Below are positions 1-9,355 of a stretch of 64,000 nt of DNA, in pieces. Under the pieces are notes generated by a model. The model was not told where the DNA came from. It saw only the letters and a program-made list of their open reading frames with translations, and searched no databases. The stretch is taken from contig OY820579.1 of NCBI GenBank assembly GCA_963681965.1, forward strand, positions 2,080,001-2,144,000. The letters run 5' to 3'. Numbering within the stretch: position 1 is the stretch's first letter; each line of letters starts with the position of its first letter. The position numbers were made by a program, and so were the translations under genes. This DNA comes from a bacterium (GTDB lineage: Bacteria; Electryoneota; JAOADG01).

Positions 1-577
1 AATCAGCCGACTCTTTTGATTTGTAAGCGGCGACTTGCACCTGCCAGCATTTTTCGCGCGATTGAACTGGCGGGGTAGTATCGATATCTGTTGCATCGCT
101 CGGAATATCCACCTGAAGCGGTATCTTCGATTCCACCGGTACGGCTTTGATGTACCCGCATCGATAAGCTTCATTCACCGCGGTTTGCGCTTTGGATAAA
201 TCGGCAAAGTTGCCAAACATTATTTCATATTGATCGTTGATATAGCGGAGCTGAGTCGGTTGCGAGAATTTTTTAGCAACTATTTTTATCAACGCTTTTG
301 CCGAATCTTCATTGGGGGTGATTGCCACCCGCACCCGCCAACCATTGATTAGCGGGTGCAGTGAATCAATTTGATCCGATTTATTCGTAGGGGGAGTATT
401 CGGTTTGAAAGTGCCGTAAGTTGCAGGATCCTGATAGCTTACTGGATCGGGATTGGCAATTTCATCCACTGGTCGTTTCTTCAACGAATCGACCACCGAT
501 TGTCGTCGATCCGCTGGAGCCGATAACGTTACCGAAACCAATGAAACCAGTGCGATCCACGAAATAAGGCTACGCAT
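1..577 (-). CDS. SPOR-domain secreted protein (3' end beyond window)
   Basis: Hand translation from ATG at 577: MRSLISWIALVSLVSVTLSA signal peptide, then SPOR-like GWRVRVA...YEIMFGNFADLSKAQ and CWQVQVAAYKSKESAD; open to window edge. Confidence 0.75.
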   Translation of the reverse strand, partial: MRSLISWIALVSLVSVTLSAPADRRQSVVDSLKKRPVDEIANPDPVSYQDPATYGTFKPNTPPTNKSDQIDSLHPLINGWRVRVAITPNEDSAKALIKIVAKKFSQPTQLRYINDQYEIMFGNFADLSKAQTAVNEAYRCGYIKAVPVESKIPLQVDIPSDATDIDTTPPVQSREKCWQVQVAAYKSKESAD

Positions 578-591
578 GTAACTTCCGATCA

Positions 592-2187
592 TTAACGCGG
601 CAACGCAGCAATTTTCTCGGCTTCGCCAAATAGCGTAATTGCCTGCTTCACCAAAGTGTCTTCGGGAATTACAACTTGATAGCGGCTCTGACGGGTATTG
701 AAAATCGCTTGCGCCAATTCACCCTTGAACGATAATGCCAGGAATTTTCGATCCTTCAGAATGTCTTCCTCTTTCATTTCCAATTTCGGATCGTTCAACT
801 TTGCCGCTTTCATCAAGTCAATCAAAATTGCATCGGTGATTTCGACTTCCGCTGCAAACTTGTTAATATCGCTGCCGTATTTTGTCGCATACGATGGTGC
901 GAGTTTCTGTGCATGATCGATCATCACACGCGAATTACGCAGTCGTGCTGACGATAATGTCAATCGTTCTACTGGTGCTTTCACATCCGGAGTGATTCCA
1001 CCACCACCGAACACCGTGCGTCCGGCACTGGTCTTGAATGGATCGCGTTTCACTGTGTCAACCGCTGTGGAATCTTCCTCTTTGTAAATTGCTTCGATAT
1101 ATTCTTCGCGCTGTCCAAGTTTGTAGGGTCGTTGAATCAATCGACCGGTCGGTGTGTAATACCGCGCCGTGGTTAGTCGAACGACCGAACCATCGCGCAA
1201 TGGAAGCTGGCTTTGCACCAAGCCTTTACCGAAAGTGGTCTGTCCGATAATCAGACCGCGATCGAGATCCTGTACTGCTCCGGAAACAATTTCAGATGCC
1301 GATGCCGAACCGGAATTGACCAGTACGACTAGTGGATATTTGCGATGGCGAATGGTACTCAAACTGGTATAATCGCGACGCGAACCGGCTTGACGTCCCT
1401 GCGTATAAACCACCAATTTTCCTTCGGGAATAAACTTCGATGCGACTTTCACCGCTTGATCGAGATACCCGCCGGTATTGTTGCGCAAGTCGAGAATCAA
1501 GCGTTTCATTCCGACTTTCTCGAGGGAATCAAGCGCTTGTTCCATTTCATCGCTGGTCGTAGCAGTGAATTGATTCAACAATACATAACCAGTGTTGCGG
1601 TCGACCATGATCGCGGTTTCTACTGATAATACCGGAATCTTGGCGCGTTTAATCGCGAATTCCATCGGATCGTCGACACCGGGTCGGCGGATTGTCAATT
1701 TCACGATTGAGTCTTTCGGACCGCGAATCCGTTTGAAAACTTCTTCTTCTGCGATACCAAAAGCGGTCTTTCCATCGATCGAAATGATTTTATCGCCAGT
1801 CCGGAGACCCATCCGTTCGGCAGGTGTACCGGGAATAGGAGCAATGACCGTCAGCACTTTATCGTAGATCATAAACTGAATGCCAATGCCTTCGAAATTA
1901 CCGGAAAAGACTTCATCCAAGCGCTGTTCTTCTTTCGCCGGAATGTAGGCGGAGTGCGGATCGAGTTTCTCCAACGCACCGCTGATCGCCCCTTCCATGA
2001 CATCGCCGAAATTCGGTTCTTCGACATAAGTACCGCGAATCGCGGCAATCACTTCGGAGAATTTCTGCATCTGGAATGTTAGCGAACTATCCTTCGAATC
2101 CTGACTGTGCGCCATCCGGAAGCCCGCAAAAAACGCAACCAAAATCAACAACATTCCGCCTCCAGCCCAAGCCAGTTTGCGTCTCAT
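592..2187 (-). CDS. ctpA: S41 family C-terminal processing protease
   Basis: LDPHSAY, PDZ-like GIGI segment, DLRNNTGG, SASASEI and FGKG catalytic motifs. Confidence 0.93.
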   Translation of the reverse strand: MRRKLAWAGGGMLLILVAFFAGFRMAHSQDSKDSSLTFQMQKFSEVIAAIRGTYVEEPNFGDVMEGAISGALEKLDPHSAYIPAKEEQRLDEVFSGNFEGIGIQFMIYDKVLTVIAPIPGTPAERMGLRTGDKIISIDGKTAFGIAEEEVFKRIRGPKDSIVKLTIRRPGVDDPMEFAIKRAKIPVLSVETAIMVDRNTGYVLLNQFTATTSDEMEQALDSLEKVGMKRLILDLRNNTGGYLDQAVKVASKFIPEGKLVVYTQGRQAGSRRDYTSLSTIRHRKYPLVVLVNSGSASASEIVSGAVQDLDRGLIIGQTTFGKGLVQSQLPLRDGSVVRLTTARYYTPTGRLIQRPYKLGQREEYIEAIYKEEDSTAVDTVKRDPFKTSAGRTVFGGGGITPDVKAPVERLTLSSARLRNSRVMIDHAQKLAPSYATKYGSDINKFAAEVEITDAILIDLMKAAKLNDPKLEMKEEDILKDRKFLALSFKGELAQAIFNTRQSRYQVVIPEDTLVKQAITLFGEAEKIAALPR

Positions 2188-3287
2188 AACTTTCCTCCAT
2201 TCCAGTGAAATTCACTTCCGACGGTAATGATCAAACCCTTTAATTGCATATCCGTAAGATGCGCTAATAGTTGCCCGATTGCCATACCTGTCTGGTCTGC
2301 CAATTGATCTGCCGAGAGTGGCGATTTTTGTAACACTTCCATAATCGGAAGTGCTTCCGGCGCAATCGTGGCAGTCTGTGCGGCGATTTCCCGTTTACTG
2401 AATTTGCCGTGGTACTCCGCGATGATGTCGTCGGCGCAAGTCACGAGCTTCGCCCCTTTTTGGATCAGGCGGTGTGGTCCGCGCGAGAGCGGGGAAGTCA
2501 GCATCCCCGGAACTGCATACAAATCGCGATTCTGATCGAGTGCGCTATCCGCCGTCAGCAACGCACCAGACTTCTCACGCGCTTCTACAACCACAGTTCC
2601 CAAAGTCAATCCGCTGATGATCCGATTGCGTTGCGGAAAAAACCGTGCATCCGGTTGAATTCCCGGTGGATACTCCGAGAGTATCAAGCCATGCGTTTCA
2701 ATTTCCGCCATCAATTCACGATGTTGCGGTGGATATACCACATCCAAACCACATCCAAGGACTGCGACAGTGCTACCCACCATCCCGGCAAGAGCCCCTT
2801 TGTGTACGGCACCATCGACCCCGATCGCCAAGCCACTCACTACCGTCCAACCGTTCGCAGACAAATCGTTTGCCAATTGATACGCGACTTTCTTGCCATA
2901 CTCGGTAGCGAGGCGACTGCCAACAATCGCAATCGACTTACCCCAGTCCGGTTTCAATGCGCCATTCGCATACAACACGATCGGAGAATCGGGAATCTCA
3001 CTCAACACCGCAGGATAATCCGGATGTTCAAATGTCCAGACCGCAAACCCTGCCGCTTCCGCTTTCGCGACAATTTTTTCCGCTTCAGCAAGCTGAGTAT
3101 GCGCACCGACAATCGCCAATGCCGTCTGTTCGCCGATATCTTCCACTTGCCGCAATTCGGCATAGGGTGTGCGCAGAATCGTTTGCGCATCGCCAAATAC
3201 CGACAGCAGTCGTTTGCAGCGGATCGGTCCTACCCCATCCACTGCCAGCAGCGCAATTCGCGCGACCAATTCCTCAGTAGTTATCAT
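2184..3287 (-). CDS. dprA: DNA-processing protein DprA
   Basis: AIVGSR, VVSGLAIGVD, FPQRNRIISG, VVEA..SGAL.TA motifs. Confidence 0.95.
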   Translation of the reverse strand: MITTEELVARIALLAVDGVGPIRCKRLLSVFGDAQTILRTPYAELRQVEDIGEQTALAIVGAHTQLAEAEKIVAKAEAAGFAVWTFEHPDYPAVLSEIPDSPIVLYANGALKPDWGKSIAIVGSRLATEYGKKVAYQLANDLSANGWTVVSGLAIGVDGAVHKGALAGMVGSTVAVLGCGLDVVYPPQHRELMAEIETHGLILSEYPPGIQPDARFFPQRNRIISGLTLGTVVVEAREKSGALLTADSALDQNRDLYAVPGMLTSPLSRGPHRLIQKGAKLVTCADDIIAEYHGKFSKREIAAQTATIAPEALPIMEVLQKSPLSADQLADQTGMAIGQLLAHLTDMQLKGLIITVGSEFHWNGGKL

Positions 3288-4272
3288 CTTCCGACTCCGC
3301 TACCGGAGGCTTCGGCATCGCTTCCAGTCGATGCCACACAAGACTAGTCAATTCATCCAAATTCAAGCGCGTTACAGCGCTGAAATCGATCTCGGATTGG
3401 AACGGGATCGTCTCATCGTTAATAAGATCCGCTTTTGATCGTGCGACGATGGACGGTTTCTTCGCCAGTTCCGGCGAGTATTTTTCGATTTCATTCTGTA
3501 ACATCGACAATTCCAAATTGGGATCTTCGGAATCGGCGGGGATGAGATAGAGCAGTAACCGGGTTCGCTCGATATGGCGCAGAAAGCGGATCCCAAGACC
3601 CTTTCCGTCGGCGGCACCTTCGATCAATCCCGGAATATCGGCAACAATAAATCCGGTAAATTCGGCAATTCGCACGATCCCAAGATTCGGTTCCAATGTG
3701 GTGAACGGATAATCTGCAATTTTTGGACGGGCTGCCGAAATCGTCGACAGCAACGTCGATTTTCCGGCATTCGGTTTCCCTACCAATCCGACATCGGCAA
3801 TCGATTTCAATTCGAGAATCAATTCGCGCTGTTCCGCTGCCCAACCCGGTGTTGCCTTGCGTGGTGCCTGATTCACCGACGTAGCGAAATGCGTGTTGCC
3901 GCGTCCGCCATCGCCCCCTTTTGCCGCAATCCAGCGTTGTCCGGCATCGGTCATGTCGGCAAGAATTTCACCGGTAATCTTATCGTGGATCACTGTTCCC
4001 GGTGGCACTGGAATGACAATATCCGCGCCACCTTTACCGGACATCCGGTTTCCACTGCCCGGTTTTCCGGCATCCGCTTCGTAATGCTTGGTGTACCGGA
4101 AGTCGAGTAGCGTCGTGCGATTTGGATCGACTTGAAAAATTACATCGCCCCCCTTGCCGCCATCGCCGCCATCGGGACCCCCTTTCGGGATAAACTTCTC
4201 GCGACGAAAACTGACACAGCCATCGCCACCTTTCCCGGCTTTGACGCGCAGGGTTGCATAATCGACAAACAT
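3274..4272 (-). CDS. obgE: GTPase ObgE
   Basis: MFVD...FRREKFIPKGGPDGGDGG, GKPNAGKST, ADYPFTT, DIPGLIEGA. Confidence 0.97.
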   Translation of the reverse strand: MFVDYATLRVKAGKGGDGCVSFRREKFIPKGGPDGGDGGKGGDVIFQVDPNRTTLLDFRYTKHYEADAGKPGSGNRMSGKGGADIVIPVPPGTVIHDKITGEILADMTDAGQRWIAAKGGDGGRGNTHFATSVNQAPRKATPGWAAEQRELILELKSIADVGLVGKPNAGKSTLLSTISAARPKIADYPFTTLEPNLGIVRIAEFTGFIVADIPGLIEGAADGKGLGIRFLRHIERTRLLLYLIPADSEDPNLELSMLQNEIEKYSPELAKKPSIVARSKADLINDETIPFQSEIDFSAVTRLNLDELTSLVWHRLEAMPKPPVAESEDDNY

Positions 4273-4357
4273 CAATCAGTACCTATCCTCAGTTAGGATC
4301 AAATGCTCTTGCAATAACATAGCGCGTGAATCGACAAATCCTGTCGTTTCACTGCGA

Positions 4358-5536
4358 TCAGACAACTAAAACCACTTCGCGCTGGATATGCGAAGTCACA
4401 CATGGACCAGATGGATCCAAATACACATTAATTTCACTCCGGACACCGAATTCCGGCAGATAAATACCCGGTTCGATCGTGAATCCGGTTCTGGTAATCA
4501 ATCTGCGGGTATCGTGGGTCTCGAAATTGTCGATATTCGCACCGATACCGTGAACATGATCGCCCGGACTCAAACTGTGACCAGTGCGATGAATAAAAAA
4601 TTCTCCGTAACCCCGGCTGGAAATCGCGTTGCGCGCGGCATCGTCGACTTCCCATCCGTACACGGGTTGATTGTGACGATAGCGCTCTTCAACCAACGAT
4701 AGTGCAGCATCGCGACCGCTGAGCACGGCATTGAATACATCGAAGTGCTTGCCGGGGACATCGGTTCCGGCATATCCCGTCCAGGTGATGTCGCTGAAAA
4801 CGTGCTCTTCGCCCGGTTCGCGCGCCCAAAGATCGATTAGAATCCAATCGCCGGGATCGATCGTAAAGCGTAGGTCCGACGACGGTGCGTAGTGCGGATT
4901 GCCGCTTCGCTCATTGGTTGAGACGATCGGCACATCTTCCTCTTCCAGATTGTGCGTTTGAAAGGCGTTGCGAATAAACTGCTGCACATCGAAATCGGTT
5001 ATCGTTTCACCGCCGCGCAGCGCATCGCCGATCCGGTGGAATGCCGCGTCTTTGACACTATTGACGATCTCGGCTGTGATTAAATGTTTGTTCTTCGCCC
5101 GATCACTCCAGCGCGCTGTCAGCCATTGCACCAGATCGGCGGACGATGTCACCGAAAAACCGATACGGTGCAACAGTTCCATCGTTCCGGCATCGACGAT
5201 CGACATGGTCGGGATCGAACTGAAGGGGCAATATTCCATCGCTACGGTCTGATGCCACCGGCTGCACCAGTCGCTGAGTTTCGCTTCCATCTCGACATAA
5301 TTGGTGAACAACTCGACTGTGCCGGGAAAATCGGTGAATTGTTCGCTATCGACTTTGTGTACCAACGCGCGCGCCTCGCCGTGTTGGGGTATCCCGACGA
5401 AGACGCGACGGGTGGTCCAGAGTGTTCTCCCGACCAATCGTTTCCAGATTGGATTTGTCGCGCGAAAATCGTAGATCAACCATGCCTGACAACCGGTGTC
5501 CTGCAACGACTTTTGAATTTTTTCCAGATCGAACAT
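4358..5536 (-). CDS. M24 family (Xaa-Pro) aminopeptidase
   Basis: SDITWT, FIHRTGH, FTIEPGIY, GVRSE metal-binding motifs; start placed at MFDLEK. Confidence 0.88.
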   Translation of the reverse strand: MFDLEKIQKSLQDTGCQAWLIYDFRATNPIWKRLVGRTLWTTRRVFVGIPQHGEARALVHKVDSEQFTDFPGTVELFTNYVEMEAKLSDWCSRWHQTVAMEYCPFSSIPTMSIVDAGTMELLHRIGFSVTSSADLVQWLTARWSDRAKNKHLITAEIVNSVKDAAFHRIGDALRGGETITDFDVQQFIRNAFQTHNLEEEDVPIVSTNERSGNPHYAPSSDLRFTIDPGDWILIDLWAREPGEEHVFSDITWTGYAGTDVPGKHFDVFNAVLSGRDAALSLVEERYRHNQPVYGWEVDDAARNAISSRGYGEFFIHRTGHSLSPGDHVHGIGANIDNFETHDTRRLITRTGFTIEPGIYLPEFGVRSEINVYLDPSGPCVTSHIQREVVLVV

Positions 5537-5708
5537 GACCTGCTCCAGAGTAGCCCTAACTAAGAAAGGTACGGAAAACAAAGCGAGAACGTAACCAGCC
5601 GGAAATGGGTCTGTCTATTTTTATTACAGTTATGTTATTATGGAAGATAGTAATGTTTATTCGAATGATGCTACGGTAGTGTCGCTCGAAACTAAGTTGT
5701 TATCGGAA

Positions 5709-6221
5709 GTCGGGGCTAGCCCCCACGCCCGCTCGCCAACCCTTTTTCTAGTAGGGGCTGACCCCCATGTCCGTCCGTGTCCTTAAATTCTGTCATTGCG
5801 AGGACGCCGCAAAGCGGCGGACGTGGCAATCCACTCTTTTCGTCTTTTCCCAACACCCAATCCCTACCACCCAACACCCATTCTGTTGGTGGCGCAGGCC
5901 TCCGAGCCTGTGATTTTCCTGTAGTACTACCGATCTCCGATTCGGCATTTTGGATCTTTATCTGTCGTTGCGAAGACGACGCGAAGCGGCGGACGTGGCA
6001 ACCTACTCTTTTTTATTCTGTAGTAGTAGGAGCCCTCCGCGGCCTCCCGTTCCAGTATCATTTCTTTGGTTTCCTGTATCCTATTCTGTCGTTGCGAAGA
6101 CGACGCGAAGCGGCGGACGTGGCAACCTACTCTTTTATATTCTGTAGTAGTAGGAGCCCTCCGCGGTCTCCCGTTCCTGTAATCTTTTTTTCGATCCCGT
6201 AGGTCAGAACTTGTTCTGACC
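5709..6221. repeat. Cluster of REP-like palindromes upstream of the beta-propeller gene
   Basis: GTAG-led hairpins (5751, 6199), TGTCATTGCGAGG...CGTGGCAATCC element (5791-5832), near-identical 93-bp direct repeats at 5961-6053 and 6085-6177. Confidence 0.85.
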
Positions 6222-6301
6222 ACCTCCTGTGTCTCAAATTGAAAACAGATATCGAATCTAAATCCTTTAATTAAATTTTCTCCTATCGCTTATCAATTTG
6301 T

Positions 6302-6330
6302 TTGTAAACACTCTTCGTCCGCATTATTAT
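6302..6330 (+). promoter_or_regulatory. Putative sigma70 promoter
   Basis: TTGTAA-N17-TATTAT, upstream of GGAG RBS and ATG 6362. Confidence 0.5.
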
Positions 6331-6361
6331 TGATAGAACCACCTGTCCGACCGGAGCCGCC

Positions 6362-9355
6362 ATGACTTTCCGCCATCGCAGATTTCCACAATCAATGCTC
6401 GCCTTCGCGACGACTCTTATCTTCGTCTTCACAATCCTTCTTCCGCAAATTTCCTACGCCGTCTCGGTACAATCTTCGCGTCTTCCCCACCCTTTCCAGT
6501 TTACCGAGAACAAGGGGCAGTGGGATTCTGCCGTCCTCTATAAATGCGAGGTGCGACGCGATGGTTTCACCTGGTTCCTTGAGCGCGATGGTGTCACCCT
6601 CGTCACTTCCGCAATCGATTCCTCCTCTGTCATTGCGAAGGCGCCGAATGGCGCCTGTGGCAATCCACTCTTTTCAACTTTTCCCAACACCCAATCCCTC
6701 CCACCCAACTCTTATTCTATTGGTGGCGCAGGCCTCCGAGCCTGCGATCCTCTTGTGTCTGGTAAATTCCCCCTAAAATCTCACGCCCTCAAATTTAAAT
6801 TTGTCGTCTCCCGTAGGGGCGAATCGCAAAGTGCTCGCCGAAGGCAATCGCATTCGCCCCTATCTGTTCAAGATGCTCTCACTTGTCGTTGCGAGGAACG
6901 CAGCGAAGGATCGTCCGCCGTAGGCGGAAAGCCGCAGCGAAGTGACGAAGCAATCTACTCTTTTAAAGATTCAATGATACAGGAGGAGATTACCTTCGGT
7001 GAGCCCTTCGGGATTGCTTCGTCATTCCACTTCGGAAGTGCTTCGCACGTTCCTACGTTCATTCCTCGCAAAGACAAAATCAGGATTCAAGATACAAGAT
7101 TAGGGCGTATGCCATACGCCCCTACAGAAAAATATTCGACACAAGAGGATGTCGGAATAAATTCCGACCTACGAAAATACACTTGCGCGAAATGGATTGA
7201 TGCACAAGGTGAACGATCGTGGCATAACAATTATTTCCTCGGAAATGATTCCTCGAAATGGGCACCGGATTGCCGCAATTTTACACGCGTGGTGTATCAT
7301 GAGGTGTGGGAAGGCATCGACGTCGAGTGGTATGAGAGCAAAGGTCATCTCGAATTCGATTTCGTCGTCCATCCCGGTGCGGATCCCAAGCAAATTAAGA
7401 TGGTGTGTGAAGGGTTGGATGCGCCGATAGCAGGCGGAGGACGGACACTCTTGTCCGTCGACTCAGATATTTCTGTCACAAAAGGGAGTCGGACAGGAGT
7501 GTCCGACCTCCACTTATCGAATGAACTTTCGCTTCCCACCTCCCTCGGCGAACTCCGGATGTCAATTCCGGGGGCATACCAAACCACCTCCAACGGCACC
7601 CGCGGAAACGCTGTCACAGCACAATTCAGACTCGAGACAGGAAATGTCTTCGCCATCGATTTGCCGAATGGCTACGATGCATCACAAACGCTGAGAATCG
7701 ATCCTTTGGTGTATTCAACGTATTTGGGAGGAAGCGGAGGTGATCGTGCTGAGGCAATTGTAAGTGATCGAGTTGGGGGTACAGTTATGACTGGTCATAC
7801 ATCCAGCACCGATTTTCCCACGACTCCCGGAACGGGTGATCCCAGCGCTAATGGATATTCAGATTGTTTTATAGCAAAGATAGATTCAATAGGATCGAAT
7901 CTATTGTATGGTACTTATCTGGGGGGAAGTTACCACGATGAAGGGATGAGTGTCGATTACTACTTGGATGGCAGCATCTTAGTAACAGGTGAAACCCAAA
8001 GTCAAAACTTCCCAGTGACCGCCAACAGTCGTCCCTTCATGGGAAGTAGAAATGCATTTGTCACAAAAATTGGGACTAGTGGAAGCAATCTGGTATACAG
8101 TATTTTACTGGGTGGTGTAGGCATTTCTCTGGGTGATTGGGGTGAAACGATTTTGGACGATGGTTCAGGAGGTTGTTATGTTGCCGGTTTTACGGACAGC
8201 CCCAACTTTCCTACAACTTCGATCGACACCACCCTGGGCGGTGAAAGTGATGGTTTCATAACGCATATTGGGCAGACCGGACTTCTCTTTGCGAGTACCT
8301 ATTTAGGGGGGAGTGGGGGAGATTTTATTACTGATGTGCGAATTTCCTCCGATAGCAGTTTGTATGTATGCGGTTTCACGAATAGCAATGATTTCCCTAC
8401 AACACTTAATGCTTATTCTACAACACTGCATAGTACAGCCGATGAAGCTTTTATTGTTAAAATGAATATTACTTGTACTCAATTGATGCTAGGCACTTAC
8501 CTAGGTGGGGGAGCGCGAGATGGCGCTAGCTCACTTAAGGTAATGTCTGATGGAAGCATTGTTGTTGTGGGAACAACAGCCAGTCCTGATTTTCCAGTTC
8601 AAACTGTTTCTTTTGACACAATTTTCAATGCGCAAGTGAAAGGATATATAGCGATCCTGTCCAGTAACTTATCCACACTGCTTGCGAGCACATATTTAGG
8701 TGGAAATACCATTTCGAATTGCATGTCGTTGGACATCTCCCAAAACGGAAATTTAACCATCTCTGGAATAACCACCAGTATTAACTTTCCTACCACATCC
8801 AATGCTTTGCAGAGAGCGAGTGGAGGGTTGCGTGATGGTTTTTTCGCAGTCATGAATCGATCTTGTTCTCATCTGCTTTACAGCAGTTACTTGGGTGGTT
8901 CGAATGATGATGAATGCTATGCCCACTACTTAAAGGATTCAAATAACGTCGTACTAACTGGATGGACAGCTAGCTCGAATTTTCCACTTACTCCAGGGAG
9001 TTTCGACACCACATACACCGCATACACCTCCTTTCTCACCAATCTTCAATTTGAACCCGAAGTTTCGGTTATCAATGTGCCCCCTCTTCCTGTTAGCGAA
9101 AGACTGCTTTACGCTTACCCCAACCCCTTCAACTCCACCACCACACTTTCCTACATCCTCCCGATCACCTCTCACGTCGATCTCCGTCTCTACGATCTGA
9201 CCGGTCGCGAAGTCTCGACGCTGGTGCAACGCGAGCAGCACGCCGGAACGTATCGCCTACTGCTCGATGGTTCACGCTTAGCGAGTGGAACCTATTTCGT
9301 GCGGTTGCAAGCGGGAACATTTTCGAAGACACAGAAGATCGTGTTGTTAAAGTAG
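6362..9355 (+). CDS. Secreted SBBP-repeat beta-propeller protein with N-terminal FTENKGQW domain and T9SS-like C-terminal sorting domain; carries in-frame REP insertions
   Basis: Signal peptide; FTENKGQWD, NYFLGND, EFDFVVHPGADP, RIDPLVYSTYLGGS; repeated STYLGG/TxSxDFP; C-terminal AYPNPFN...YDLTGR...TQKIVLLK. Confidence 0.85.
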   Translation: MTFRHRRFPQSMLAFATTLIFVFTILLPQISYAVSVQSSRLPHPFQFTENKGQWDSAVLYKCEVRRDGFTWFLERDGVTLVTSAIDSSSVIAKAPNGACGNPLFSTFPNTQSLPPNSYSIGGAGLRACDPLVSGKFPLKSHALKFKFVVSRRGESQSARRRQSHSPLSVQDALTCRCEERSEGSSAVGGKPQRSDEAIYSFKDSMIQEEITFGEPFGIASSFHFGSASHVPTFIPRKDKIRIQDTRLGRMPYAPTEKYSTQEDVGINSDLRKYTCAKWIDAQGERSWHNNYFLGNDSSKWAPDCRNFTRVVYHEVWEGIDVEWYESKGHLEFDFVVHPGADPKQIKMVCEGLDAPIAGGGRTLLSVDSDISVTKGSRTGVSDLHLSNELSLPTSLGELRMSIPGAYQTTSNGTRGNAVTAQFRLETGNVFAIDLPNGYDASQTLRIDPLVYSTYLGGSGGDRAEAIVSDRVGGTVMTGHTSSTDFPTTPGTGDPSANGYSDCFIAKIDSIGSNLLYGTYLGGSYHDEGMSVDYYLDGSILVTGETQSQNFPVTANSRPFMGSRNAFVTKIGTSGSNLVYSILLGGVGISLGDWGETILDDGSGGCYVAGFTDSPNFPTTSIDTTLGGESDGFITHIGQTGLLFASTYLGGSGGDFITDVRISSDSSLYVCGFTNSNDFPTTLNAYSTTLHSTADEAFIVKMNITCTQLMLGTYLGGGARDGASSLKVMSDGSIVVVGTTASPDFPVQTVSFDTIFNAQVKGYIAILSSNLSTLLASTYLGGNTISNCMSLDISQNGNLTISGITTSINFPTTSNALQRASGGLRDGFFAVMNRSCSHLLYSSYLGGSNDDECYAHYLKDSNNVVLTGWTASSNFPLTPGSFDTTYTAYTSFLTNLQFEPEVSVINVPPLPVSERLLYAYPNPFNSTTTLSYILPITSHVDLRLYDLTGREVSTLVQREQHAGTYRLLLDGSRLASGTYFVRLQAGTFSKTQKIVLLK
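6626..6748 (+). repeat. In-frame repeat insertion 1 (copy of intergenic 5789-5914)
   Basis: 123 bp, TCTGTCATTGCGA...GCAGGCCTCCGAGCCTGCGAT; peptide SVIAKAPNGACGNPLFSTFPNTQSLPP matches the translation of the upstream non-coding copy. Confidence 0.9.
6813..7172 (+). repeat. In-frame repeat insertion 2 (nested palindrome pairs)
   Basis: GTAG at 6813 to CTAC at 7172 (360 bp); outer pair 6813-6862 / 7101-7125, inner pair 6884-6956 / 7011-7076, extra hairpin 7151-7172. Confidence 0.85.
7436..7511 (+). repeat. In-frame repeat insertion 3 (inverted GGAG-led REP pair)
   Basis: GGAGGACGGACACTCTTGTCCGTC ... GTCGGACAGGAGTGTCCGACCTCC. Confidence 0.8.

Noticed and set aside
2409-3347. 312-aa plus-strand ORF and the many similar antisense ORFs
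   Set aside because: Shadow frames opposite well-supported genes such as dprA
5961-6177. Direct repeats as a CRISPR array
   Set aside because: Only two 93-bp units built from REP-like hairpins; no repeat-spacer periodicity and no cas genes
5777-6223. ORFs 5777-6202, 5927-6223 and 5950-6147 (also 9366-9719) as real genes
   Set aside because: They are translations of repeat DNA with no domain or convincing RBS
6626-7511. Inserts as inteins or self-splicing introns
   Set aside because: No intein terminal motifs or intron core recognised; the inserts match intergenic palindromes
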